From: Actinomycetota bacterium
Lineage (GTDB): Bacteria > Actinomycetota > Geothermincolia > Fen-727 > Anoxymicrobiaceae
NCBI GenBank assembly: GCA_018896525.1
Contig: JAHIMR010000065.1
Span: 8,205 to 72,204, forward strand
Length of the DNA stretch: 64,000 nt
Direction of reading: 5' to 3'
Within the stretch, counting starts at the first letter, position 1, and the number at the start of each line of letters is the position of its first letter. Both the position numbers and the translations under genes were made by a program. Positions 21,436 through 30,028 of the stretch are shown here, piece by piece. A model generated the notes under the pieces. It had not been told where the DNA came from, did not search any database, and worked only from the letters and a program-made list of their open reading frames with translations.

Positions 21436-22911
21436 ATGCTTCGAATCAGAAACGCCGAGGGTGTTACCGTCCTGCACGAGACTACTCCTGAGAACACCAG
21501 GAAGATGATAGCCAGCGAGCCGCTTTTCGCCGCCGACACCGACGACCCCACTTTCCTGTCGGCAGGCGAGATCAAGGAGATCCAAAACCGCAACCTGAAG
21601 CGGCAGATGGAGCGGGTGGCCGACGGGAGCGCCTACTACAAGGAGCTTTTCACCAGGGAGAAGATCGACCCGGCGAAGATAACCACCGTCGACGACCTGG
21701 TCCGGTTGCCACTGACCTTTAAGAAGGATTACATGAAGGACCCGGAGGCGTTCAAGCTGAACCTCTCCAACCCCACGCTGTACGATTGGCTCTGGGAGGT
21801 TACCTATACGACGGGAACCACCACCGGCGTGCCGACCCCGTTCTATAACACCATCAACGACGCCTACGCCACCTTCCAACTGCTGTTTCGCGCAATGAAG
21901 ATAAGCGGTGCGATATCCGGGATGCGGTCGGTCAACCTGTTCCCGCTGGGGCCGATTCCCCATATCGGGTTCTTCAGGGCCCGGGACATCACGACCATGA
22001 GCCTGTTCGGCCAGGGTTCGTTCGGTTGCACCGGCATGCCTCACCCCGAGTTCAAGATACATCGTTCCTTCGACTACGCGGTAGAACTTGTCGAGAGGGT
22101 GGAGGCCCAGGCGCTGGTGGGCGTTGCAAGCTTCGTGCGGCGCATAATAATGAAGGCCGAGGAGCAGGGCCGGGACTACTCCCATGTGGAGGGGGTCGAA
22201 CTGCTGGGCGAGGCCGCCCCCAGGGGAATGCGGGACGACATCCGCGGGAGACTCGGGAACATGGGCGCCGACCGCCCGTTCATCTCCAACTCCTACGGGT
22301 TCACCGAGATGCAGGGCGCGATGTCGGAGTGCGAGGAGTTCAGCGGCTGCCATTCCCCCGACCCCAGCCTCTTCTTCTTCGAGGTCACAGACGAGAAGAC
22401 CGGCGAGAGGTTGCCGGATGGAGAGACCGGCCTGCTGGTAATAACTCACCTCAACCGCACCGGGACCGCGCTCCTCCGCTACGTGATAGGAGATTACGCC
22501 GCAATAACCCACGAGCCGTGCTCGAGATGCGGGAGGACCTGCATGAGAATGGAGGTCGCGGTGGGAAGCACTTACGCCAGCCGGACCAGCGAGCTGATTA
22601 ACCTGAAGGGTACCCTCATCAACCCGGAGGTCCTGCGCGACGAGATAGCCAACACCAAAGGCGTCACCGAGTACCAGGTGGTCTTCACCAAGAAAGACCT
22701 CTCCGACCCGTACTCCGCGGACGAGCTCATCATCAAGGTAGGCAGGTCCGGGGGCAGGCCGGAGGAGGACATCGCCGCCGATCTCGAAAAAAGAGTACAG
22801 CGGGCGGTGGAGATGAGGGCCAGGATAGAGTTCGTTGAGATGTCCGAGATCTTCGACCCCACAGTTGCCCTGAAAGCGACGCGGATTGTCGACCTTCGCC
22901 CCACGGAGTAG
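21436..22911 (+). CDS. Phenylacetate-CoA ligase (PaaK)-like acyl-CoA synthetase
   Basis: YTTGTTTG AMP-binding loop, SYGFTE, LLRYVIGD. Confidence 0.85.
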   Translation: MLRIRNAEGVTVLHETTPENTRKMIASEPLFAADTDDPTFLSAGEIKEIQNRNLKRQMERVADGSAYYKELFTREKIDPAKITTVDDLVRLPLTFKKDYMKDPEAFKLNLSNPTLYDWLWEVTYTTGTTTGVPTPFYNTINDAYATFQLLFRAMKISGAISGMRSVNLFPLGPIPHIGFFRARDITTMSLFGQGSFGCTGMPHPEFKIHRSFDYAVELVERVEAQALVGVASFVRRIIMKAEEQGRDYSHVEGVELLGEAAPRGMRDDIRGRLGNMGADRPFISNSYGFTEMQGAMSECEEFSGCHSPDPSLFFFEVTDEKTGERLPDGETGLLVITHLNRTGTALLRYVIGDYAAITHEPCSRCGRTCMRMEVAVGSTYASRTSELINLKGTLINPEVLRDEIANTKGVTEYQVVFTKKDLSDPYSADELIIKVGRSGGRPEEDIAADLEKRVQRAVEMRARIEFVEMSEIFDPTVALKATRIVDLRPTE

Positions 22912-22942
22912 TCACCGGGAATTACCGTTACGGGGACAGGCG

Positions 22943-23021
22943 AAAGGCCAGGCCATAACTAAACAGGTGTCTTACTGACTGGCTGTTAAGTTGCCGTCCT
23001 TATTAGCTAGGGCCCGGCCTT
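22943..23021 (-). ncRNA. Candidate ~80-nt structured small RNA
   Basis: 5' AAGGCCGGGCC-C-UAGCUAA pairs with 3' UUAGUUA-U-GGCCUGGCCUU; inner GACGGC/GCCAGUC stem; begins at the predicted +1 of a consensus promoter. Confidence 0.55.
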
Positions 23022-23027
23022 ACGTTA

Positions 23028-23056
23028 ATTATACACCCCCGGGCCGGAACTGCCAA
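23028..23056 (-). promoter_or_regulatory. Sigma70-type promoter with no downstream sense ORF
   Basis: TTGGCA-N17-TATAAT on the minus strand. Confidence 0.65.
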
Positions 23057-23061
23057 CCGGT

Positions 23062-23345
23062 GGGGTCAGTGCCTTCAAGCGGCGGCGATAAGGCCGCCAG
23101 GTGGGGTCTGGTGTTAGAGCGGTGTTGATACGGCCACCAGGTGGGGTCAGGTGTTAGATAGGTGTCAGGAATCAAAGCGTTGTGGCAAGAACACCTGAAC
23201 CCTTTCTGTCAGACAAGCAGTGGTAAGACAGCGTTATGGCAAGAACACCTGACCCCTTCCTCGCAACCAAACGGTGGTAAGACAAAGTTACGGCCAGAAG
23301 GCCTGACCCCTCATGTCAGACAAGCGGCGGTCAGACAAGAACGCC
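23062..23345. repeat. Nested inverted REP-like array (GGGGTCAGGTGTT x3 / AACACCTGACCCC x3)
   Basis: Forward units at 23062, 23103, 23143; reverse units at 23190, 23244, 23298. Confidence 0.8.
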
Positions 23346-23422
23346 AACCGCGGGCATGTGACGTTAGATTCTTTGCTTAGACACATGCCCCACAATGCAT
23401 ATGCCCAGGGGCATGACCTCCC

Positions 23423-24922
23423 TCAGAACTCCCTTTTGTCCACCACCCAGTCCGCCTTGAGCCCGGTGCGCTCGAAGAGGCGGTTCTCCACCTTTTTCGG
23501 CTTCTCGATCTCTATCCGGTCCGGGGATACTTCGGCATCCATCTTCAACTGCCTGGTGACCCCGACCCTGACCATCTCCTCGTCTGCGCCCGGCTGCAGG
23601 GATACGTAGACCAGGACCCTGTCGCGGCTGGCCTGGTCCCCCTCGTCCTCCCTGGTGATTATGACCTGAAACGACTCCACCCCCTCAACCCGCCGGAGCG
23701 CGTTCTGGAACTCTGTGAGCAGTACCCGAACGCCTTTTATCCTTGTGAAATCCCTCCTGGCCCTGCCTATGGGGGGCCGGAGGACCGGCATGGTAAGCCC
23801 GCAGTGCGAGCATTTCTCCCAGACGACTCCCCCAGCGATGAGGTCGCCCATCCAGTAGCGCAGAAGGACCGTGCCCCTCCAGTCGATGTGGCTGAACGCC
23901 AGCACGCCGGGCTCGCCCCAGGGCACCGGTTCCCTGGTATCGGGATCCAGCACCTCCCAGAAGTAAAACTCCGGGTTAAGGTGGATGCCGGTCCTTTCGC
24001 CACACTCAAAGAACGCGGCCTTGAGCTCGGTGGAACCGTAGCCCTCCACTATCTCGACGTCGGGCGACCCTATCTTCTCGAACTGTCCCTTCAGCTTGTC
24101 CCGGTACTCGTCGGAGAGCGGCTCCCCCGCCAGCACCGCGATCTTAACCGGGTCCGGCTTCCTGGCTTCTCCACCCTCAATCATCTCGATGGCGGTCTTC
24201 AACCAGTACGTCATGTAGGAGGGGATCGCAATGTACATGTCAAACGGCATGCTGCCCGCTATCCGTACCTGCCGCTCGGTGGGTATCGCCCTTCCCCCGC
24301 AGGTGTGGAATATCGCCCCGCCGTTATCCACCGTGAACTCCGCGAATATCACCTGGAAGAAGGCCAGGTGGGGAAGGGCGGAGTACATGTTAAGAGCCCT
24401 CATCGTCGGCTCCCAGCCGAACAGATACATCATCCCGGCGATATAGGGGACCACGCTCTTGAGGTCATAGTTGGTGTAACAAGACTGAACCGGATCGCCA
24501 GTGGTCCCCCCGCTGGCGTGAAAATGTATCGGCAGCCACTCCCCGGCCCCGGTTTGCCTGACGCGTTCCTCGAACGAGCGCGGCTTCCCGTAGAGGTCTC
24601 TCAGGTACCTGGTGTTCAGAGTCTGCCAGGTGTACCATAGCTTCTTCTTCCTGCTGATCTCCTCGACATCGTACGGTGAATCCTCGTTCCCGGGCTGCAG
24701 GACAAACGCTTTCTGGTCCTCCATGATGTCCTTTTTCCCGGTAATCGGTATCTTCCTGAAGTCATCGTAAGAGTTCAGCCTGTCGGGGTCGATGTTGTTC
24801 TCGCGGAACAGCTTCCGGTAGTAGGGATGGTAGGGATAGACGTAATCCTTGATGTACTTGAACATCTTTGCCAGGGAGTACTCTCTCTGCTCCTCCGGGG
24901 TCCACTGATATGAGATAGCCAT
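23423..24922 (-). CDS. Second PaaK-like acyl-CoA synthetase
   Basis: HASGGTTG, LAGEP, GYGSTE, LLRYWMGD; ATG 24922 with GAGGAGG RBS. Confidence 0.85.
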   Translation of the reverse strand: MAISYQWTPEEQREYSLAKMFKYIKDYVYPYHPYYRKLFRENNIDPDRLNSYDDFRKIPITGKKDIMEDQKAFVLQPGNEDSPYDVEEISRKKKLWYTWQTLNTRYLRDLYGKPRSFEERVRQTGAGEWLPIHFHASGGTTGDPVQSCYTNYDLKSVVPYIAGMMYLFGWEPTMRALNMYSALPHLAFFQVIFAEFTVDNGGAIFHTCGGRAIPTERQVRIAGSMPFDMYIAIPSYMTYWLKTAIEMIEGGEARKPDPVKIAVLAGEPLSDEYRDKLKGQFEKIGSPDVEIVEGYGSTELKAAFFECGERTGIHLNPEFYFWEVLDPDTREPVPWGEPGVLAFSHIDWRGTVLLRYWMGDLIAGGVVWEKCSHCGLTMPVLRPPIGRARRDFTRIKGVRVLLTEFQNALRRVEGVESFQVIITREDEGDQASRDRVLVYVSLQPGADEEMVRVGVTRQLKMDAEVSPDRIEIEKPKKVENRLFERTGLKADWVVDKREF

Positions 24923-24967
24923 AGCATGTCCTCCTCGCATCGCTACCGCCGGCTGGAAACACAGTAA

Positions 24968-25095
24968 CCGTTCCTCAGAATGATGACAAATGCGCCATCT
25001 CTGATTGACGCTTCTCAGGCGTCCGCCTCCCGGAGCCGAGAGGTCTTACGTCACCTCCACGTCCGTTTACACTCTCCGTCGAACTGACGGCGAGC
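24968..25095 (-). ncRNA. TnpB omega-RNA (reRNA) scaffold overlapping the tnpB 3' end
   Basis: CCGTCAGTTCGACGG hairpin followed by AAACGGACGTGGAG...AAGCGTC pairing, up to the element's right end; standard position for omega-RNA. Confidence 0.6.
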
Positions 25096-26249
25096 AACCG
25101 TATGTTATCAGATGCGTTGTCGTCCCTGTCGGCCACGTGACCGCAAGACTCGCAGCGGAAGGTCCGGTCGGAGAGCGTGAGGTCCTCCTTGACCCACCCG
25201 CACTTCGAGCAGGGCTTGGAGGTAGCCTCGAAGCGGGGGACCACCACCAGCTGGATGCCGTACCAGGAGCACTTGTAGGCAAGCTGCCTTCTGAACTCCC
25301 GCATGGAGGCGTCCGCAACCGAACGGGCGAGCCTCCGGTTCTTCATCATGCCGGAGACGTTCAGGTCCTCGATGCCTACCACGTACGGCCTCTCGGATAG
25401 AGGCTTGGCTTTCGCCACTATCTGGGAGGTCGCTTTGTGGATGGCATCCGAGCGGACACAGGATATCCGCATGTGCTGCCTGGCTATCTTCTTCCTGGTC
25501 TTCTCCCTGCGGCCCGATCCCTTCTCCTGGCGGGAGAGCTTCTTCTGGAGACTTCTAAGCTTGCGCGCGCCCGCATAGAGCGCCTTCGGGTTCTCGTAGT
25601 GCACGTGGTTGTCTTGTCCGTACGAGCACGCGGCGAGTGTCTTGATTCCCAGGTCTACCCCGACGGGCGGCCCTGTCGCCTCCTCCACCGCCATTTCCTG
25701 CTGGACCTGAAGCGAGACGAACCAACGGCCCGCCCGGCAGGATACGGTTGCCGAGAGCAGGTGCACGCCTTCCGTCCCGTCTGCCGGCAGGTATCCCTTC
25801 TCCTTCAAGCGTATCCACCCCAGGCAGGGCAGCTTCACCCGCCTGGCCTCCACGTGTATTGAACCGGTCAGCCTGAAGGAACCCGGGCCCCTCCTCCTGG
25901 TCTTGAACCGTGGATAGCCCACCTTCCCCTTGAGTTTTCCCTGCTTCTTCTCGGCCGCCCTCCGGTAGAAGTGGGCGAACGCGCGGTCCAGGTCACGGAG
26001 CGCCTCCTGGGGGGCGCACTTGGAGACCTCGTAGAGCCAGGGGTAGGTTGTCTTCTTGAGCCGGTTCAGCTCGCGGTGGAGCTCCATGGCGTTTGGGGAC
26101 TTCCCGGTGAGGCGGTAAGACTCGCTCTTTCGCGCAAGTCCCCAGTTGTAGGCGAAGCGGGCGGACCCGGCGTGGTTGGCCAGGGCCTTCCCCTGTATCC
26201 TGTTGGGCTTAAGTTCCGTCTTGTAGGCTCTATTGATCTTCAGGATCAC
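24975..26249 (-). CDS. tnpB: RNA-guided endonuclease TnpB
   Basis: RuvC I VGVDLG, RuvC II IEDLNV, Zn finger CSKCG/CESCG, RuvC III DRDDNASDNI; all three acidic residues present. Confidence 0.95.
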   Translation of the reverse strand: MILKINRAYKTELKPNRIQGKALANHAGSARFAYNWGLARKSESYRLTGKSPNAMELHRELNRLKKTTYPWLYEVSKCAPQEALRDLDRAFAHFYRRAAEKKQGKLKGKVGYPRFKTRRRGPGSFRLTGSIHVEARRVKLPCLGWIRLKEKGYLPADGTEGVHLLSATVSCRAGRWFVSLQVQQEMAVEEATGPPVGVDLGIKTLAACSYGQDNHVHYENPKALYAGARKLRSLQKKLSRQEKGSGRREKTRKKIARQHMRISCVRSDAIHKATSQIVAKAKPLSERPYVVGIEDLNVSGMMKNRRLARSVADASMREFRRQLAYKCSWYGIQLVVVPRFEATSKPCSKCGWVKEDLTLSDRTFRCESCGHVADRDDNASDNIRLLAVSSTESVNGRGGDVRPLGSGRRTPEKRQSEMAHLSSF

Positions 26250-26811
26250 TCACCGCCGCCATCGCTTTGTTTGCCCTGTTCCTCGCCCCGCGTTTTCCGT
26301 AGATCCTTTCGCACATGGAGGTCACAACGTCAATGAAGTCGGCCCATATGTCTGCCATCTCCTCAGTATCATCAGCAACCATGATACGCCTGCCCTGTGA
26401 CATCATTGCGGCTTCTAGAAACTCGAATCCGAACCTGGTGAGCCTGTCCTTGTGCTCGACGAGGATCGTGCCGACAGCCGGGTCTCCCAATAGCTCCAGG
26501 AGCTTCCTTCGGTGACCGTTTAAGCCTGAGCCGATCTCCTCGATCACCACCTTCACCCGCAGACCGCTGGCGGCGGCATAATCCTTGAGCCTTGAGACCT
26601 GGCGCCCCATGTCCTCCTTCTGGTCGTGAGATGATACGCGGGCATAGATAGTAACGCTATTATCCTTGCTGTGTACGGTGGTGTCTTCATAGACAAGTAT
26701 CGTGCCGGTAGCCAACTGCTCCGCTCTCACCGGAAGCGTGCCGTCGTGATACCAGCGAAGAGCGGTCCTGTAGGATATCCCGTTCTTAATCGCCCATGCC
26801 GATAATTTCAT
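26230..26811 (-). CDS. tnpA: IS607 transposase TnpA (HTH + serine recombinase)
   Basis: MKLSAWAIKNGISYRTALRW HTH; YARVSS, EIGSGLN, EHKDRLTRFG. Confidence 0.95.
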   Translation of the reverse strand: MKLSAWAIKNGISYRTALRWYHDGTLPVRAEQLATGTILVYEDTTVHSKDNSVTIYARVSSHDQKEDMGRQVSRLKDYAAASGLRVKVVIEEIGSGLNGHRRKLLELLGDPAVGTILVEHKDRLTRFGFEFLEAAMMSQGRRIMVADDTEEMADIWADFIDVVTSMCERIYGKRGARNRANKAMAAVSDPEDQ

Positions 26812-26884
26812 ATGTCTATAATATCATATATATACACATATGTCATCATATCAATGAACTGCTGGTTACCCTTGCGCCGTTGAA

Positions 26885-26914
26885 ATCATAATAGGACGTG
26901 GGGCCGGTTGGCAA
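26885..26914 (-). promoter_or_regulatory. Putative promoter just outside the IS607 left end
   Basis: TTGCCA-N18-TATGAT pointing into the IS and the paaK-like gene. Confidence 0.45.
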
Positions 26915-26970
26915 GAAAAGACCGCCACCAAGTGGGGTCAGCGCCTTATAGCGGTGGCCGGCATTAAACG

Positions 26971-27771
26971 TTATGGCGAGAAGACCCCTCCCTTCCCAGC
27001 TATTTGGCTTTCTTCGCGCAGCATCACCAAATCGTCATCCAATCCGTGCCGCAGGAGGTCCAAACGAGGCGAGAGGGATACCAAATGCTCCGCGGAGACA
27101 TGCGCCAGACGAAACGGGAAGATGCTCGGGCTGTCGAGCAGGTCCTTGATGGCGGCGGAACCGTTCATGCGGGCGTGCAGAGATGCCTCGATAAGCCATG
27201 TGATGAGTTTTGGGTCTTGTATGGAGAGGGCGACTCCCTGATTATAGACACCCTTGTCAGATGTTTCGTCCAAAACGCCCCAGTCAACGAAGCTGCGCAG
27301 CACATAGCGGACTCGACGAGAAACCGTTTCCCGTTCTCCATATTGCTCCCGCAAGCGGCGCTGTACTTGGCCGGCTGCGGCCGTTCCTTGGAGTCTGAGC
27401 AGTCGTCCCACATGGGCTGCTACAGCGCCCCAGAATGGATAAACCGCCATTGCTATGCCCCAGTGGACCGCGATATGGTCCTCGCGCGGCAGGCTTGAAA
27501 GAAGCTTCAGGCCATCGCCCTGAAGGGAATGCAGCTCGTAAGGTGGCCGGACCCAGATTTTCATCAGGATAGTGATCGTTTTATCCAACGAACCACGTAT
27601 CTTGGTGTTGTCGGATCGAAACGAGCCTTGGACTTCTCCTTGCAGGGCAGCCTTCACAGCAGGCGCCTCGTTTCCTGCCATGACGAGGTATGCGGTTCGT
27701 TCCAGCCACTTGAGCCGAACAAGGCGGTCAAGACCAATCTGACCGTATCGCCGATTTGCCGGTGAAATCAT
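26971..27771 (-). CDS. brxA: BREX type 3 BrxA-like protein
   Basis: Last gene after pglZ; QIGLDRLVRLKWLE, HWGIAMAVYPF, EQYGERETVSRRVRYVLRSFVDWGVL. Confidence 0.7.
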   Translation of the reverse strand: MISPANRRYGQIGLDRLVRLKWLERTAYLVMAGNEAPAVKAALQGEVQGSFRSDNTKIRGSLDKTITILMKIWVRPPYELHSLQGDGLKLLSSLPREDHIAVHWGIAMAVYPFWGAVAAHVGRLLRLQGTAAAGQVQRRLREQYGERETVSRRVRYVLRSFVDWGVLDETSDKGVYNQGVALSIQDPKLITWLIEASLHARMNGSAAIKDLLDSPSIFPFRLAHVSAEHLVSLSPRLDLLRHGLDDDLVMLREESQIAGKGGVFSP

Positions 27772-29807
27772 GTGTCCATCCCTGCCTGCGCCGCGCGCGT
27801 CGCGGCAGGCAGGCTTTCGATCTGAACAAGAGGGACGACGAGCTCTTCCAGGGAAATACCACCGTGGCAGACAAGGCGTTCGGTTTCACGAACAAACGCC
27901 AAGCGGTCTGGAGCGAGCAAGGGCAGGTAGTCTTCCGGCAGACCAACCGGCGGCCATTCCAGGGCGCCCGGGAACCGCTCCTTGACTTGACCACGCAGGA
28001 GGGAATCCGGGTAAATCCGAACGCGCTCGCCGCGCAGGTCCGCAACCGCGCCTTCAGCTGGCCGACCACATCCAACTGCCGCAACATTCCCATGGTCCGA
28101 AGTCAGGTAAACACGGAACTCGTTGTCCAGAAGCATATCGATGAGATTCGCCATGAACGGCTGCCCGGCCCACTGTCGAACCTGGTTGTGCATCCCCGCA
28201 GCGCCAAGTTCCATGCCGTGCATGATCTTGTCCACCTTGTCGACGACCAGGCCGGCTACGCGTGTCTTGGGGCGTGTAACCAGCTCCTCTACGCTATCCA
28301 GGGTGCCGTCACCCAATCCCTTGGCGTATGCGACTTCTTGTTGCGTCAGACCCTGGTCCGCCCAGAACTGCGTCCACAGCGCGGGCTCCTTGTCCGTGGT
28401 ATGGATACTGTCTGGGAAGTAGATGGGCGGCCTTCCGGCAAAAGCGGCCTGACGTGAAACGGATGTGATGGTGGGTATCCATGCGAAGACCGCGCTTTCG
28501 CGGAAACGGTATCTTGGGCGTTGCTTGATAAGCGCCTTGCGTATGACGATCCACTGATCCAGCGAGAGTCCGTCCACCAGGACGAACGCTGCTTTATTCT
28601 CATTGGCATCGCCGATGTATCGGGCGAGGAAACGCGGGATATGATGGAGCATGACCGGCGGAGCCGGCGGCAGATTGATCAGCCCCGCGTAGCGCTTCTC
28701 CAGCCAAGCCACAAGCGCGGTGTCGACTTGGGTTTGCAGCATCCCTATCTTCTGGCGGGCCGGTTCGGGCAGCACCGCGTCCGATTCCAGGACAAGGGCC
28801 AGAAGTTCAGCCCAGGTCTTGGCGAAATGGAACCAGTCGTCGTGCCGCGTGTCCTCTTCCGGGATGGCGGACGATATGGTGTCGAGCAGGCCATCTACAC
28901 GACGCGTTCGATCCGCCTGCTCATCGGTACGTATTCCAATGGCGAGCCAGGTCTTTGACAGCGACTCGGCCTGGTCATGGGGAACGGTTTGAAGCAACCC
29001 TTCGAGGAAAAGGTTGTCGATGTAAACACGGATATCGTCGTGGTTAAAAGGCAGGTCCAGGGGGCCGGGATATTCAAGACCGTAAGCTTCCTTGCTCTCG
29101 CAAACACCTGCGTCCTCTTGCTTCGCCGACCGGTCGAGAAAAACGGGCCAGCGTTCTTGGAGAAAGGTGAAAAACGCTTCCCGGTCCGGGATAATGGTAT
29201 CAAGCGGCCAGTCTTCAAAGCCATCGTTCTGGCGGAGGACCTGGACAAAGCGTTCGTCCAGAATCGCCGGGATGCGCTGTTCGCGGTAATGGCGGCGCAC
29301 CAGCACGCGGAGAAGATCGGACGGCTCTCTTATGAGCTCCGGCGCGATCTCGAAGACATGCCGCAGGACGAATTCCTTGGTAGCGTTATCGCCCAGGACG
29401 CCGGGCGCGTGCCGTTTCTGGGCCTCGTAGAGCTCATCAAGGTCCCCGCGGTCCAGGGCGGTCACCACCGGATAGCTCAGGTTAGGAAACATCTCCCCAA
29501 GGTTGAAGGATAGCCGGCGACCGGCTTGGAGTAGATCGTATGGCAAGGAACCGAGGTCGCTGGCTCCTGAGCGCAGCACAACCACCAGGTCCGTCTGTTC
29601 ACCCCGGTCCCAGCGGGAACGGAATTTGGACTCATAGGCATAACGGAAGGCAACGTGATCCTCGAACGGAATCAGTTCGAAGCCTCGCTCGCGTATGCCC
29701 TCGAGCACACCTTCCTCCAGGAGAAGCCCATCGGGGTCGGCAACCAGGGTTAATCGGGCCACCTTTGGGGTGAATTCCCTGAGAATCTGATCTCGCCAGC
29801 TTCTCAT
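27768..29807 (-). CDS. pglZ: BREX type 3 PglZ alkaline-phosphatase-domain protein
   Basis: LVADPDGLL, LVDGLSLDQW, PTITSVSRQA, DKIMHG, TSDHGN, HGGISLEE. Confidence 0.9.
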   Translation of the reverse strand: MRSWRDQILREFTPKVARLTLVADPDGLLLEEGVLEGIRERGFELIPFEDHVAFRYAYESKFRSRWDRGEQTDLVVVLRSGASDLGSLPYDLLQAGRRLSFNLGEMFPNLSYPVVTALDRGDLDELYEAQKRHAPGVLGDNATKEFVLRHVFEIAPELIREPSDLLRVLVRRHYREQRIPAILDERFVQVLRQNDGFEDWPLDTIIPDREAFFTFLQERWPVFLDRSAKQEDAGVCESKEAYGLEYPGPLDLPFNHDDIRVYIDNLFLEGLLQTVPHDQAESLSKTWLAIGIRTDEQADRTRRVDGLLDTISSAIPEEDTRHDDWFHFAKTWAELLALVLESDAVLPEPARQKIGMLQTQVDTALVAWLEKRYAGLINLPPAPPVMLHHIPRFLARYIGDANENKAAFVLVDGLSLDQWIVIRKALIKQRPRYRFRESAVFAWIPTITSVSRQAAFAGRPPIYFPDSIHTTDKEPALWTQFWADQGLTQQEVAYAKGLGDGTLDSVEELVTRPKTRVAGLVVDKVDKIMHGMELGAAGMHNQVRQWAGQPFMANLIDMLLDNEFRVYLTSDHGNVAAVGCGRPAEGAVADLRGERVRIYPDSLLRGQVKERFPGALEWPPVGLPEDYLPLLAPDRLAFVRETERLVCHGGISLEELVVPLVQIESLPAATRAAQAGMDT

Positions 29808-30028
29808 GCGCTACCTTCCGCTCGAATCATGAGCAACGGCACCATCTCGGGATAGGCGTGGGCTTTCTGGTCGAACTGCTCCTGGGCAAGGAGGTTAAGG
29901 CGACAATTGCGGACCTTGGGCAGCCAGACCCGGCAGGTCGTCTCGCCCCAAAGCGTCTGGGCTTCGATGACCTGACAAATCTGCCCGTGATCCATGCTGA
30001 AGTACCAGCCGCTGTCCACGTGACTCAC
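29804..30028 (-). pseudogene. brxHII: Internally deleted remnant of the BREX type 3 helicase BrxHII
   Basis: Occupies the brxHII slot; the N half (CQVIEAQTLWGETTCRVWLP) resembles the BrxHII N-terminus and the C half (LPKVRNCRL...PEMVPLLMIR) its C-terminus, as recalled; no helicase motifs. Confidence 0.7.

Larger units (their letters stand above)
24968..26870 (-). mobile_element. IS607-family insertion sequence
   Basis: Serine recombinase tnpA overlapping tnpB; left end GGGTAACCAGCAGTT plus AT-rich repeats; right end ...GAGGAACGG; ATGATGACA motif near both ends. Confidence 0.88.

Noticed and set aside
22943-23021. tRNA gene
   Set aside because: GGGCCCTAGCT looks like a tRNA 5' end, but there is no TTCGA T-loop and no cloverleaf.
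23062-23345. Possible CRISPR array
   Set aside because: Repeats are ~13 bp and switch orientation midway, spacers resemble each other, and there are no cas genes.
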